A stretch of 64,000 nucleotides of DNA from Anaerolineales bacterium. GTDB lineage: Bacteria; Chloroflexota; Anaerolineae; Anaerolineales; Villigracilaceae. The translations under genes and the position numbers were made by a program. Of this stretch, positions 55,812 through 64,000 are shown piece by piece. Location of the stretch: positions 32,871 through 96,870 of the forward strand of contig JAGNWT010000001.1 of the NCBI GenBank assembly GCA_017985935.1. The letters run 5' to 3'. Positions within the stretch are counted from its first letter, which is position 1, and each line of letters begins with the position of its first letter. Below the pieces are notes generated by a model. It ran no database searches, was not told the origin of the DNA, and worked only from the letters and a program-made list of their open reading frames with translations.

Positions 55812-58382
55812 ATGATCCCCCTTCATCTTCGCATTTCAGGTTTCCTCTCGTACCGCGACCCCATTGATCTTGATTTCAATTCATTCAACCTTGCCTGCAT
55901 CTCAGGCCACAACGGCGCGGGAAAATCATCCCTGCTGGACGCGATGACCTGGGTGTTGTTCGGCGAAGCGCGCGGCAAAAGTTCAGATGTGATCAACCTG
56001 AACCAGGATGTGAAAGCCGCGGAAGTATCGTTGAGTTTTGCCTACGAGGGTAACACCTTCCGCGTTACCCGCACCCTGCCGCGTGGAAAAAGCACCGTGC
56101 TGGAATTTCAAATTCTGGACCGCGAGAACAGCGGGAATTGGAAACCGCTGACCGAAAAAACGACCAAGGATACACAGACGCGGATCGAACAGACCCTGCG
56201 GCTGGATTACGACACCTTTATCAACGCCTCCTTCTTTTTGCAAGGCAAGGCAGACGAGTTCACTCAGCGCAAGCCAAGCGAGCGCAAAGCGGTCTTGAGT
56301 ACGGTCCTCGGTTTGGAAATTTGGAATACTTACAAGGAACGCACCGCCGAAAAGCGGAAACTGATCGAAGCTGAAGTGCAGGAAATTGACGGGCGCGTGG
56401 CAGAGATCGACTCGGAGCTGGACGAGGAAGATGCCCGCAGGTCACGGCTGGCAGAGTTGGAAGCCAGCCTCAAGCAGCTTTCCACAGCGCGGACGGCGCA
56501 AGAGTCGGCGTTGGAGAACATCCGCAAGAACGCGGCACTGATCAAGGAACAGCGCAAACTAGCCGAGACCTTATTTGCATCTTTGGAGCGCGAACGTTTC
56601 TCGCTTGCGAATCTCGAAGCCCGCCTCGCGGGAAAAGAATCCGAGCGAGCCGCGCACGCCGACCTGGTGAACCGAGCCAAAGAGATCGAATCCGCGTACA
56701 AGGCCTGGCAGAAAGCCCGCAAAGATCTCGAAGGATTCGACAAGGTGGCATTGGAATTCCGTGAACATAACGAGCAAAGACAGCCGCTTCTGCGTGAGAT
56801 CGAAGTGGAAAAGGCAAAGCTGGAGCAGGAACGGGAAGCGCTGAGCAGACAGTGGGAAGTGATCAGTGGACAATCATCAGTCATTGGTGATCTGGAGGAA
56901 CAGATCGCTGCGGCTCAGAAGTCCCAACTGGAAGCGGAAGAAAAGGTCAAAGAACGCGAAGCAGTGGAAGGTCAAAGAAATGAAGCGCGTGAAAGGAACG
57001 CGGCGTTAAAGGTCGAGAACGAATCCCTGCGCAAGGAAATGGACGAGATCAAGAAGCGCATCGGCTCGCTAGAAAGCACGCACGATGCAAACTGCCCGTT
57101 GTGCGGGCAGGAACTGACCGAGACTCATCGCACATCCACGCTGGATGAATTGAACAAGGCTGGCAAGGAAAAAGGCGACCAGTTCCGCGCGAATAAAAAA
57201 GAACTGGAAGAGATAGAGAAACAAGTTGCGAGTTACGAGTTGCAGGTGGCGCAGCTCGCAAACGCTGAAAGGGAAGTCCTCGCCCACTCCAATACTGTAT
57301 CGCAGCTTACCGAGCGGATCGGCACTCTCAAGTCCGTGGAAAAGGAATGGGAGAAAGCCGGAAAGAAACGCCTCGCTGAAGTGAACAAGGCGCTTGAAAA
57401 AGAATCCTACGCCGCAGATGCGCGCAAGCAATTAACCAAACTCGACAAGGAACTTGCAAAGCTTGGCTACGATGCCGCCGCGCATGAAGCGGTGAAGCAG
57501 GCAGAAGCGGCGGGACGCAGCACTGAAGAAGAATACAGCAACTTAAGGTCGGCGCGCGAGGTCAGCAAGCAGATCGAAAGTGAAATCCAAAATCTGAACG
57601 CTGAAATTGCAAATCGCAAAGCTGAGATCGCAACCCTTGATTCTGAATATCAAGCCATAAAAACCAACCTCGAAGTCTCCGAGGCGCAATCTCCCAATCT
57701 GGAAAAAGTGGAGAGGGAGTTGTTCGCCCTGCGCGAGGATGAGAACGAAACCCGCTCACAGGTTGGGGCGGCGCGCCAAAAAGTGGACGCGCTCACCATT
57801 TTGCGTTCGCGCAAAGCGGACTATTCCGTCCAACGCGAAGAACTTAACCAGCAGATCATGCGTCACAAAACTTTGGAGCATGCCTTCAGCAAAGACGGCG
57901 TGCCCGCCCTGCTCATCGAGCAGGCGCTGCCGCAGATCGAGCAAAAAGCAAATGACCTACTCGAAAGGTTAAGCGATGGTCAAATGTCCATCCGCTTTGT
58001 TACCCAGGCGGAATACAAAGATAAAAAGCGAGACGACCTCAAGGAAACTCTCGACATTCAGATCAGCGACTCAGCGGGCTTGCGGAATTATGAAATGTAC
58101 TCGGGCGGCGAAGCCTTCCGAGTCAACTTTGCCATCCGACTCGCGCTCTCTGAAATTCTGTCCCAGCGCAAAGGCGCGCGATTGCAAACCCTCGTCATTG
58201 ATGAAGGCTTCGGCTCGCAGGATGCGCAAGGACGTCAGCGCTTGATCGAAGCCATCAACACGGTCAAGAACGACTTTGCCAAGATCCTGATCATCACCCA
58301 TCTCGATGAACTAAAAGATCAATTCCCCAACCGCATTGAAGTGGAAAAGACAGATCGCGGGTCATCGGTAAAAGTGATATAA
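55812..58382 (+). CDS. sbcC: SbcC/Rad50-like SMC ATPase
   Basis: Walker A GHNGAGKSS, long coiled coil, zinc hook CPLCG, signature YSGGE, Walker B IDEGFGSQD, IITH. Confidence 0.9.
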   Translation: MIPLHLRISGFLSYRDPIDLDFNSFNLACISGHNGAGKSSLLDAMTWVLFGEARGKSSDVINLNQDVKAAEVSLSFAYEGNTFRVTRTLPRGKSTVLEFQILDRENSGNWKPLTEKTTKDTQTRIEQTLRLDYDTFINASFFLQGKADEFTQRKPSERKAVLSTVLGLEIWNTYKERTAEKRKLIEAEVQEIDGRVAEIDSELDEEDARRSRLAELEASLKQLSTARTAQESALENIRKNAALIKEQRKLAETLFASLERERFSLANLEARLAGKESERAAHADLVNRAKEIESAYKAWQKARKDLEGFDKVALEFREHNEQRQPLLREIEVEKAKLEQEREALSRQWEVISGQSSVIGDLEEQIAAAQKSQLEAEEKVKEREAVEGQRNEARERNAALKVENESLRKEMDEIKKRIGSLESTHDANCPLCGQELTETHRTSTLDELNKAGKEKGDQFRANKKELEEIEKQVASYELQVAQLANAEREVLAHSNTVSQLTERIGTLKSVEKEWEKAGKKRLAEVNKALEKESYAADARKQLTKLDKELAKLGYDAAAHEAVKQAEAAGRSTEEEYSNLRSAREVSKQIESEIQNLNAEIANRKAEIATLDSEYQAIKTNLEVSEAQSPNLEKVERELFALREDENETRSQVGAARQKVDALTILRSRKADYSVQREELNQQIMRHKTLEHAFSKDGVPALLIEQALPQIEQKANDLLERLSDGQMSIRFVTQAEYKDKKRDDLKETLDIQISDSAGLRNYEMYSGGEAFRVNFAIRLALSEILSQRKGARLQTLVIDEGFGSQDAQGRQRLIEAINTVKNDFAKILIITHLDELKDQFPNRIEVEKTDRGSSVKVI
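56850..56891 (+). repeat. Degenerate heptamer tandem repeat inside sbcC
   Basis: CAGTGGG AAGTGAT CAGTGGA CAATCAT CAGTCAT TGGTGAT. Confidence 0.5.
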
Positions 58383-58396
58383 AACTTCAAACTTCG

Positions 58397-58447
58397 TCAA
58401 AGGTCAAAAGTTCGTTTTCTTGACCTTCGACTCCCGACCTTTGACTC
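58397..58447. repeat. Intergenic inverted heptamer arrays
   Basis: TCAAAGG TCAAAAG ... TTGACCT TCGACTC CCGACCT TTGACTC. Confidence 0.55.
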
Positions 58448-58458
58448 TTAAAAAAATC

Positions 58459-59622
58459 ATGCCTTATATCATCACATCTACGATCCTGTTTATCGCTGCG
58501 TTGGTCATCATCCATTGGATCCACAACCAATACCATCTCGACATCATCGTTACGCCTGCCCCACCGCCTGCTGACGCGCCGCTCATTTCCATTTGCATCC
58601 CCGCCCGCAACGAAGAGAGCAACATCCGCCGCTGTGTCGAGTCTGCGCTCGCGCAGGATTATCCCAACCTTGAAGTGATCGTGCTGGATGATCGCTCCAC
58701 TGATTCGACTCTGACCCAATTGAAAGAGATCGCATCCCGCGACTCTCGCCTCCTCCCGATCAGCGGATCAGACCTGCCCGAAGGCTGGGCAGGCAAACCC
58801 TACGCATTGTTCCAAGCCTCGGCAGTTGCCCGCGGCGAATGGTTATGCTTCGTAGATGCCGATACATTCCTCGCACCGCAAGCCATCTCCTCCTGCCATG
58901 CCAAAGCATCCGAAACCAAAGCGGACCTGTTCACCACCATGAACGAACAGGTGCTTGGCTCATTTTGGGAGAAGGTTGTCATGCCGTTGGTGATGACCGC
59001 GCTCTCGGTTGGTTTTTCGCCGCGCAAGGTCAACGACCCGAACACACGAGACGCCATCGCGAACGGACAGTTCATCTTTATCAGGCGCAGAGTCTATGAT
59101 TCGATCGGCGGACATGCAAAGGTCAAAGATCAGATCGTTGAAGATAAAGCGATCTCCGAGCAGGTCAAATGGAACGGCCACCGATTGATCGTGGCAGATG
59201 GAAGGCAGTTGATCCGCACCCGTATGTACACCTCCCTGCCCGCCATGTGGGAAGGCTGGACGAAGAACATCTACCTCGGCTTGCGTGACCATCCATCCAT
59301 GCTTTTGCTGGGCGCATTCGGCGCGCTGCTTGCCTTGTTGGCAGCGCTGTTCCTTCCTGCATGGCCGCTGCTTGGATTTGTGTGGTTCCTCAACGGCGGC
59401 GGCTGGATGGCAATCAGCGTGCTCGTTCAAGCGTTGATCGTTTGGGGATGGTTGATCCACATCCGCGGGATCGTTGCGCACGAAATGAATATCTCTCGTT
59501 GGTACGCGTTCACCACTCCCCTGGGTGCGGGTGTTTTCGCCGCCATGATGCTCACCTCTGCCTGGAAGGTTGTATCGGGACAAGGGGTCACCTGGCGTGG
59601 AAGAAAATACCATCAAAAATGA
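58459..59622 (+). CDS. Glycosyltransferase family 2 (CrtQ/CruC/HpnB-like architecture)
   Basis: ISICIPARNEE, LDDRSTD, GWAGK, FVDAD, ANGQ, VED, C-terminal TM helices and WRGR. Confidence 0.88.
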   Translation: MPYIITSTILFIAALVIIHWIHNQYHLDIIVTPAPPPADAPLISICIPARNEESNIRRCVESALAQDYPNLEVIVLDDRSTDSTLTQLKEIASRDSRLLPISGSDLPEGWAGKPYALFQASAVARGEWLCFVDADTFLAPQAISSCHAKASETKADLFTTMNEQVLGSFWEKVVMPLVMTALSVGFSPRKVNDPNTRDAIANGQFIFIRRRVYDSIGGHAKVKDQIVEDKAISEQVKWNGHRLIVADGRQLIRTRMYTSLPAMWEGWTKNIYLGLRDHPSMLLLGAFGALLALLAALFLPAWPLLGFVWFLNGGGWMAISVLVQALIVWGWLIHIRGIVAHEMNISRWYAFTTPLGAGVFAAMMLTSAWKVVSGQGVTWRGRKYHQK

Positions 59623-59653
59623 TCGCTGTTTTACCTTGACGATATTTATCAGG

Positions 59654-59699
59654 TTTGTTATATTACGTTAGTTGTCGTTAATTATAACAAAATATAACA
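59654..59699. promoter_or_regulatory. Phased operator-like array upstream of the DeoR-NosL regulator
   Basis: GTTA at 59657, 59667, 59677; TAAC at 59685, 59695; outer inverted repeat TGTTATATT/AATATAACA. Confidence 0.55.
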
Positions 59700-59702
59700 T
59701 CC

Positions 59703-60269
59703 ATGAATTCATCCATTGACCGCGAAACAAAAATTTTAGAACTGCTTCAGAAACAGGGCAGCGCCACCATCCAAGAGTTGGTGGATGTTTTTAGCGTTTC
59801 CAATATGACCATCCATCGCGACCTAAACAAACTGGCAGAGTCAGGTTGGATCCAAAAAAGGCACGGCGGGGTCACTCTCGCAAGCAAGTCCCCCATCAGT
59901 GACCCGGGACAGTGCGCCATGTGCCGCAAACCGGTTACTGATCGGTCGGTCTTCATCGTCCAAATGGATAACGGGGAACATAAACGCGCCTGTTGCGCAC
60001 ACTGCGGCTTAATGCTGCAAAGCCAATCCAGGAACACCATTCAGTCACTCACAGCCGATTACCTGCGCGGGCACATGATCAGCGCCAACCAGTGTACTTA
60101 TCTGCTGGCCAGTGAGTTGACTATTTGCTGCGGCCCGAGCATTTTGAGCTTTGGCTCGAGGCAGGATGCTGAAAAGTTCCAAATGGGATTTGGCGGCGAA
60201 CTGGCGACCATGGAAGAGACGATCCACTACCTGCACGGAATGATGCATGCGCACAAACACGGCGCCTGA
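59703..60269 (+). CDS. DeoR-type HTH plus NosL-like metal-binding domain (YcnK/CutR-like copper regulator)
   Basis: VSNMTIHRDLNKL..RHGG; CAMC, CCAHC, ICC..SFGS; His/Met-rich end. Confidence 0.8.
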   Translation: MNSSIDRETKILELLQKQGSATIQELVDVFSVSNMTIHRDLNKLAESGWIQKRHGGVTLASKSPISDPGQCAMCRKPVTDRSVFIVQMDNGEHKRACCAHCGLMLQSQSRNTIQSLTADYLRGHMISANQCTYLLASELTICCGPSILSFGSRQDAEKFQMGFGGELATMEETIHYLHGMMHAHKHGA

Positions 60270-60309
60270 TTCAGAACATATTACACTGTTAAAAAGGAAG
60301 AGAATAATT

Positions 60310-60789
60310 ATGAAACGCTTTTTTTTGGTCATGACCCTGGCAATCGTTCTGCTCGTCAGCGCCTGCGGAGCCAAAGGCACCGAAGGCACAGACATCGAAA
60401 CCCATGACGCCTGGGCTCGCTCTGCCATGAAAGATGGCAACGGCGCCGCCTATATGCTTCTCCACAACCACACTGAAGAAGGTGATGCCCTGGTCGGCGC
60501 ATCCTCCGACGTAGCCACCGCCACCGAGATCCATTTGAGCCAGATGAAGGCCGACGGCACGATGGAAATGCTCCAGCAGGAATCGATCGACATGCCGGCA
60601 GACTTTGAACTGGAACTCAAGCCGGGCAGCTATCACATCATGTTGATCGGTCTCAAACAGGACCTGAAAGTTGGCGACGAGATCCAGATCACTCTTCACT
60701 TTAAGAACCACGAAGATGTTACCGTGACCGTCCCCGTGATGGACGCCGCCAGCAATGGCGGAGCCGGCATGGACGGACACACTCCCTAA
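60310..60789 (+). CDS. Copper chaperone PCu(A)C lipoprotein
   Basis: Lipobox VSAC; EIHLSQM..GTMEM; LKPGSYHIML; start 60310. Confidence 0.9.
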   Translation: MKRFFLVMTLAIVLLVSACGAKGTEGTDIETHDAWARSAMKDGNGAAYMLLHNHTEEGDALVGASSDVATATEIHLSQMKADGTMEMLQQESIDMPADFELELKPGSYHIMLIGLKQDLKVGDEIQITLHFKNHEDVTVTVPVMDAASNGGAGMDGHTP

Positions 60790-60825
60790 TAAAGAATTTG
60801 CACTTTCGCCGGTGCATTCTCCCTC

Positions 60826-60866
60826 TAACCTCCTGTTGCTGCAAGCAACAGGAGGTTATTTTTTTT
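60826..60866 (+). terminator. Terminator after PCuAC
   Basis: TAACCTCCTGTTGCT-gca-AGCAACAGGAGGTTA followed by T8. Confidence 0.85.
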
Positions 60867-60945
60867 CAAAGGAAGGAATGTTACTGAAACAGTTTCAGTT
60901 TGAGCGGGGAAAGATACGGACGAGATTCCAAAACAAGGTTGTTTT

Positions 60946-60988
60946 TGTGACAAAAATCACAGCGCTTTATTTTTCGCTCCCTTATATT
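60946..60988 (+). promoter_or_regulatory. CRP-type box and -10 element of the nrfHA promoter
   Basis: TGTGA-CAAAAA-TCACA (60946-60961), centred 29.5 bp upstream of the first base of TATATT (60983-60988). Confidence 0.75.
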
Positions 60989-61020
60989 AAGCGTACGTTA
61001 ATCTTATCCAAGGAGAGCCA

Positions 61021-61509
61021 ATGTCCAAAACTCCATTCATCATCGCCATTGCAGCCGCAGTCTTCGCGCTGGGCTACTTTGCGTATGTGACCGACGCCGC
61101 CGCGTATGGGGGAAGCGCACCGGAAACCTGCGCAAACTGCCACGTGATGGATTCGCAGTATGAGAACTGGTATCACGGCGGACACGAAAATTTTGCAAAA
61201 TGCACCGACTGCCATTTGCCTCACGACAATCTCGCGGCGTATTACGCGGAAAAAGGCCGGCAAGGCGCGAAGGATACGTTCGCATTCGTGACCGGGCGAA
61301 TCCCCGCGGCGATCCGCGCCAGCGAGAAGACAAAGGAAATTGTCCAATCGAACTGCATTCACTGCCATGAAACCACTGCAGAGACCGTAGTGATGGGCGC
61401 CCAGCCTTTCGATCGCTATTGCTGGGACTGCCATCGCAATGTGGCGCACGGCACACGCGGCGCTTCCAGCCTCCCCTATCAAGACTCTACACTTTATCCA
61501 ACAAAATAA
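61021..61509 (+). CDS. nrfH: Cytochrome c nitrite reductase small subunit (tetraheme)
   Basis: N-terminal TM helix; CANCH, CTDCH, CIHCH, CWDCH. Confidence 0.93.
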   Translation: MSKTPFIIAIAAAVFALGYFAYVTDAAAYGGSAPETCANCHVMDSQYENWYHGGHENFAKCTDCHLPHDNLAAYYAEKGRQGAKDTFAFVTGRIPAAIRASEKTKEIVQSNCIHCHETTAETVVMGAQPFDRYCWDCHRNVAHGTRGASSLPYQDSTLYPTK

Positions 61510-61522
61510 GGAGAATGTTTCA

Positions 61523-62854
61523 ATGAAAAGTTATACCAATCTTATTCTGGCAGGCCTTGTGATCGTTCTGGCTGTTGCGCTCGTTGGCGTGCTGACCTAT
61601 GTGAAGAATCAACCCGCAGAAGAACGCGCTGTTCAACCGCTGGTCAAGATCGCACCCATGGAGCCAGATTCTTCCAAGTGGGCGGTCAACTTCCCAAACC
61701 AGTATGATTCTTTGATGAAGACCAAGACGAATGCGCTGGATACCACCTACGGCGGATCGTCCCAGTTCTCCTGGCTTACGCGTGATCCGCGCCAGGTGAT
61801 CTTGTTTGCGGGATACCCCTTCAGCAAGGACTACAACGACGACCGCGGTCATGCGAATGCGGTGGATGATGTACGGGCTACCAAGCGCCTCAACCTCGAC
61901 GACTCGAACCCCAAGCGCACACCCGGTACTTGCTATTCCTGTAAATCTTCCGACAATCCCGGCTTGTGGGCTGAACTTGGCATGGAAGCCTACGATAAGA
62001 TGTCGTTCAATGAATTGACCCCAAGCATCAACAACGCCATCGGCTGCGCGAACTGCCACGAAGCAGAAACAATGCGCTTGATCGTGACGAACCCCGCTCT
62101 CGAAGAAGCCTTTGAACGACAAGGCAAGGATTGGGAAACCTTCTCTCGTCAGGAAATGCGGACGGTAGTCTGCGCGAACTGCCACGTTGAATATTACTTC
62201 AAGGGTGACGGCAAGTATCTTACCTTCCCGTGGGATAACGGCACCACGGTCGATGAAATGATCGCCTACTACGAAGAATCCGGCTTCAAGGATTGGGAAT
62301 ATCCCGACACCCTTACCCCGATGCTCAAGGCTCAGCACCCGGAATATGAATTCTTCACAGCCGGCTCCACCCATTACAACGCGGGCGTTTCCTGCGCCGA
62401 CTGTCACATGCCCTACACCCGTGACGGCGCAACCAAGTACTCTTCACACGATGTCCACAGCCCGCTGCTGAATCCCGAAGAAGCCTGCGGTCAATGCCAC
62501 AGCGACACAGAATATGTTGTTGGGCGTGTAAGCCTCATTCAGGAACAGGTGGCTGCCACCAAGATCGAAACCGAAGATGCGATCATCGACGCGATGAATG
62601 CCATCAAGGCTGCGGTCGCCGCCGGCAATGCCGACCCCGTTCTGTTGGATGAAGCACGCAAACTTCACCGCGAAGCGCAATTTGGCTGGGATATTGTCTC
62701 TGCAGAGAACAGCACAGGGTTCCACAATCCCGAATATGCTTTGAAGACCCTAGCAGATGCCACCAACCGCGCCCGCCAAGCGCAAATGCTCGCCGCTCAA
62801 TCGGTAGGCGACACCTCTCTGCTGGCAACTGACACATACTACCCCGCCCCGTAA
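61523..62854 (+). CDS. nrfA: Ammonia-forming cytochrome c nitrite reductase, catalytic subunit (pentaheme)
   Basis: CYSCK (CxxCK), CANCH x2, CADCH, CGQCH; CHVEYYF, KAQHPEYE, ENSTGFHNP; start 61523. Confidence 0.95.
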   Translation: MKSYTNLILAGLVIVLAVALVGVLTYVKNQPAEERAVQPLVKIAPMEPDSSKWAVNFPNQYDSLMKTKTNALDTTYGGSSQFSWLTRDPRQVILFAGYPFSKDYNDDRGHANAVDDVRATKRLNLDDSNPKRTPGTCYSCKSSDNPGLWAELGMEAYDKMSFNELTPSINNAIGCANCHEAETMRLIVTNPALEEAFERQGKDWETFSRQEMRTVVCANCHVEYYFKGDGKYLTFPWDNGTTVDEMIAYYEESGFKDWEYPDTLTPMLKAQHPEYEFFTAGSTHYNAGVSCADCHMPYTRDGATKYSSHDVHSPLLNPEEACGQCHSDTEYVVGRVSLIQEQVAATKIETEDAIIDAMNAIKAAVAAGNADPVLLDEARKLHREAQFGWDIVSAENSTGFHNPEYALKTLADATNRARQAQMLAAQSVGDTSLLATDTYYPAP

Positions 62855-62867
62855 CCGAAGTGAACAC

Positions 62868-62901
62868 CAAAACACCCCGCCGGTAATGGCGGGGTGTTTT
62901 C
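62868..62901 (+). terminator. Terminator after nrfA
   Basis: AAAACACCCCGCC-ggtaat-GGCGGGGTGTTTT. Confidence 0.85.
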
Positions 62902-62946
62902 TATTGGGAACATAATCCCTAATCATCGCGTCTGATCCATGGAGAT

Positions 62947-63402
62947 ATGAAAATGAAAAAAATAATTTTACTCACACTGATCCTCACCTTAACCGCCTGC
63001 TCTTCCAGCCCAGTCAATGAGCTGAGCGAGAACCGCGCAAAATGGAACGATGCGAAGGCTTCACATTATCAATATTCGCTATCCATAGGGTGCTTCTGTC
63101 CATTCATGGAAGATATGCCGCTGACGATTGAAGTTCAGAATGGAAAAACCGTTTCGATCATGGACAAAGATGGAAATGTGATCGCCCCGGATGACCAATT
63201 TGCTGAATATTATTTGCGCTACTCAAACATGGAGAGCATTTTCGACAACCTCGAGGCAGATATCTCAGGCGAAGCAGATGAAGTCATCGTCACATACGAC
63301 CCGGCATATGGCTTCCCTTCCCAGGTTAGCATTGACTTTATCAAGGAAGCCGTGGACGACGAAACATCCTACACCATCAGCTATTTTCAACTCTTGAAGT
63401 AA
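62947..63402 (+). CDS. Lipoprotein, DUF6174-like (tentative)
   Basis: Lipobox LTAC; CFCP; YDPAYGFPSQVSID..DDE. Confidence 0.7.
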   Translation: MKMKKIILLTLILTLTACSSSPVNELSENRAKWNDAKASHYQYSLSIGCFCPFMEDMPLTIEVQNGKTVSIMDKDGNVIAPDDQFAEYYLRYSNMESIFDNLEADISGEADEVIVTYDPAYGFPSQVSIDFIKEAVDDETSYTISYFQLLK

Positions 63403-63434
63403 AAAAACTCCCTGCAATGAGCAGGGAGTTTTTG
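63402..63434. terminator. Bidirectional terminator
   Basis: AAAAAACTCCCTGC-aatga-GCAGGGAGTTTTT. Confidence 0.8.
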
Positions 63435-63440
63435 ATTCAA

Positions 63441-64000
63441 CTAGTTCAGCCACTGGGAGAAAATTTCCCGATCAGCCACCTGGATCTGGCGGTCTTCGAT
63501 GACGATCGCGCCGCTGCGCTCCATTTCCTTCAGCGACCGCGCCACCACCTCGCGCACAGTCCCCAACCGCGCCGCGATCTGCTCCTGTGTCCAATGCATT
63601 GCAGATTTTTGCTCAGACATCTCCGCGATCAACCGGGCAAGGCGGTGTGTCACCTGATAAAAAGCCATCTCGCTGACCTTGTGTACCATGCCGCGCACCA
63701 TGCGGCTGAAATTACTCAACACCTTCAACGCAAACTGCGGATGGGTCTTGATCAGCCTGCGTAGAAGCTCACTATCGATCATCCACACCCGGCATTCATC
63801 CAACGCCTCCACGTTCACGGGGTTTCCCCCACCGTCAAATGCAGGGACTTCGGCGAAGGTATCACCTTCCTGAAGGATCCGTACAATGTACTGGCGTCCC
63901 TGTGGTGAGACCCGAAAAATCTTCGCGCTCCCAGACTCAAGGATATGCAGTCCCTCGCAAGGATCCCCTTCCCAAAACAGTACTTCTCCGCGCGAATGCT
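63441..64000 (-). CDS. Crp/Fnr family transcriptional regulator (5' end outside the window)
   Basis: cNMP-binding fold (LFWEGDP..LHILESG..GDTFAE) and HTH TQEQIAARLGTVREVVARSL. Confidence 0.9.
   Translation of the reverse strand, partial: HSRGEVLFWEGDPCEGLHILESGSAKIFRVSPQGRQYIVRILQEGDTFAEVPAFDGGGNPVNVEALDECRVWMIDSELLRRLIKTHPQFALKVLSNFSRMVRGMVHKVSEMAFYQVTHRLARLIAEMSEQKSAMHWTQEQIAARLGTVREVVARSLKEMERSGAIVIEDRQIQVADREIFSQWLN

Noticed and set aside
55812-58382. sbcC lacking sbcD as a novel defence system
   Set aside because: No associated nuclease or effector genes nearby; sbcD is often encoded elsewhere.
58459-59622. Carotenoid or hopanoid biosynthetic cluster around the GT2 gene
   Set aside because: No crt or hpn neighbours in the window.
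60755-61090. 111-aa ORF bridging PCuAC and nrfH
   Set aside because: It runs through a terminator, the CRP box and the nrfH start, so it is most likely spurious.
1-64000. CRISPR array, IS element, integrase or prophage
   Set aside because: No regularly spaced direct repeats, transposase or recombinase motifs, or phage structural genes seen.

Overview
Core-chromosome window, most likely from an Anaerolineae (Chloroflexota) bacterium. This taxonomy is inferred from gene content: T-box-regulated serS, four-S1-domain RpsA, SipW, Rho and M42 triplet. I found no CRISPR array, transposase, integrase or prophage. Housekeeping genes include gyrA, birA, rho, lgt, lepB, rpsA, serS and sbcC, plus tRNA-Glu(TTC) and tRNA-Leu(CAG). 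Most notable regions: (1) 24751-30824, a six-gene minus-strand operon with an RRE/PqqD-like radical SAM/SPASM enzyme, an intact paralog that has lost every Fe-S-ligating cysteine, and a DUF2207-like membrane protein ending in SCACACACAGCACACAGGGR; this is a candidate uncharacterised protein-modification or metal-cluster system. (2) 10225-19286, a respiratory locus: Rrf2, two Sco proteins, ba3-type oxidase (cbaDBA), a single-chain cytochrome b/2x[4Fe-4S]/MvhD-like/cytochrome c fusion, a type VI-like sulfide:quinone oxidoreductase and a 42-aa ORF missed by the track. (3) 41192-43254, a chelatase chlD-type gene split by a -1 frameshift at an A9 run. (4) 34942-37768, a SipW-dependent pilin/TasA-like triad. 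(5) 59654-64000, a copper and nitrite block (YcnK-like regulator, PCuAC, nrfHA, Crp/Fnr); a perfect TGTGA-N6-TCACA box sits at class II spacing before nrfH and a weaker one before the oxidase operon. All family assignments come from motif recognition; no database searches were run.
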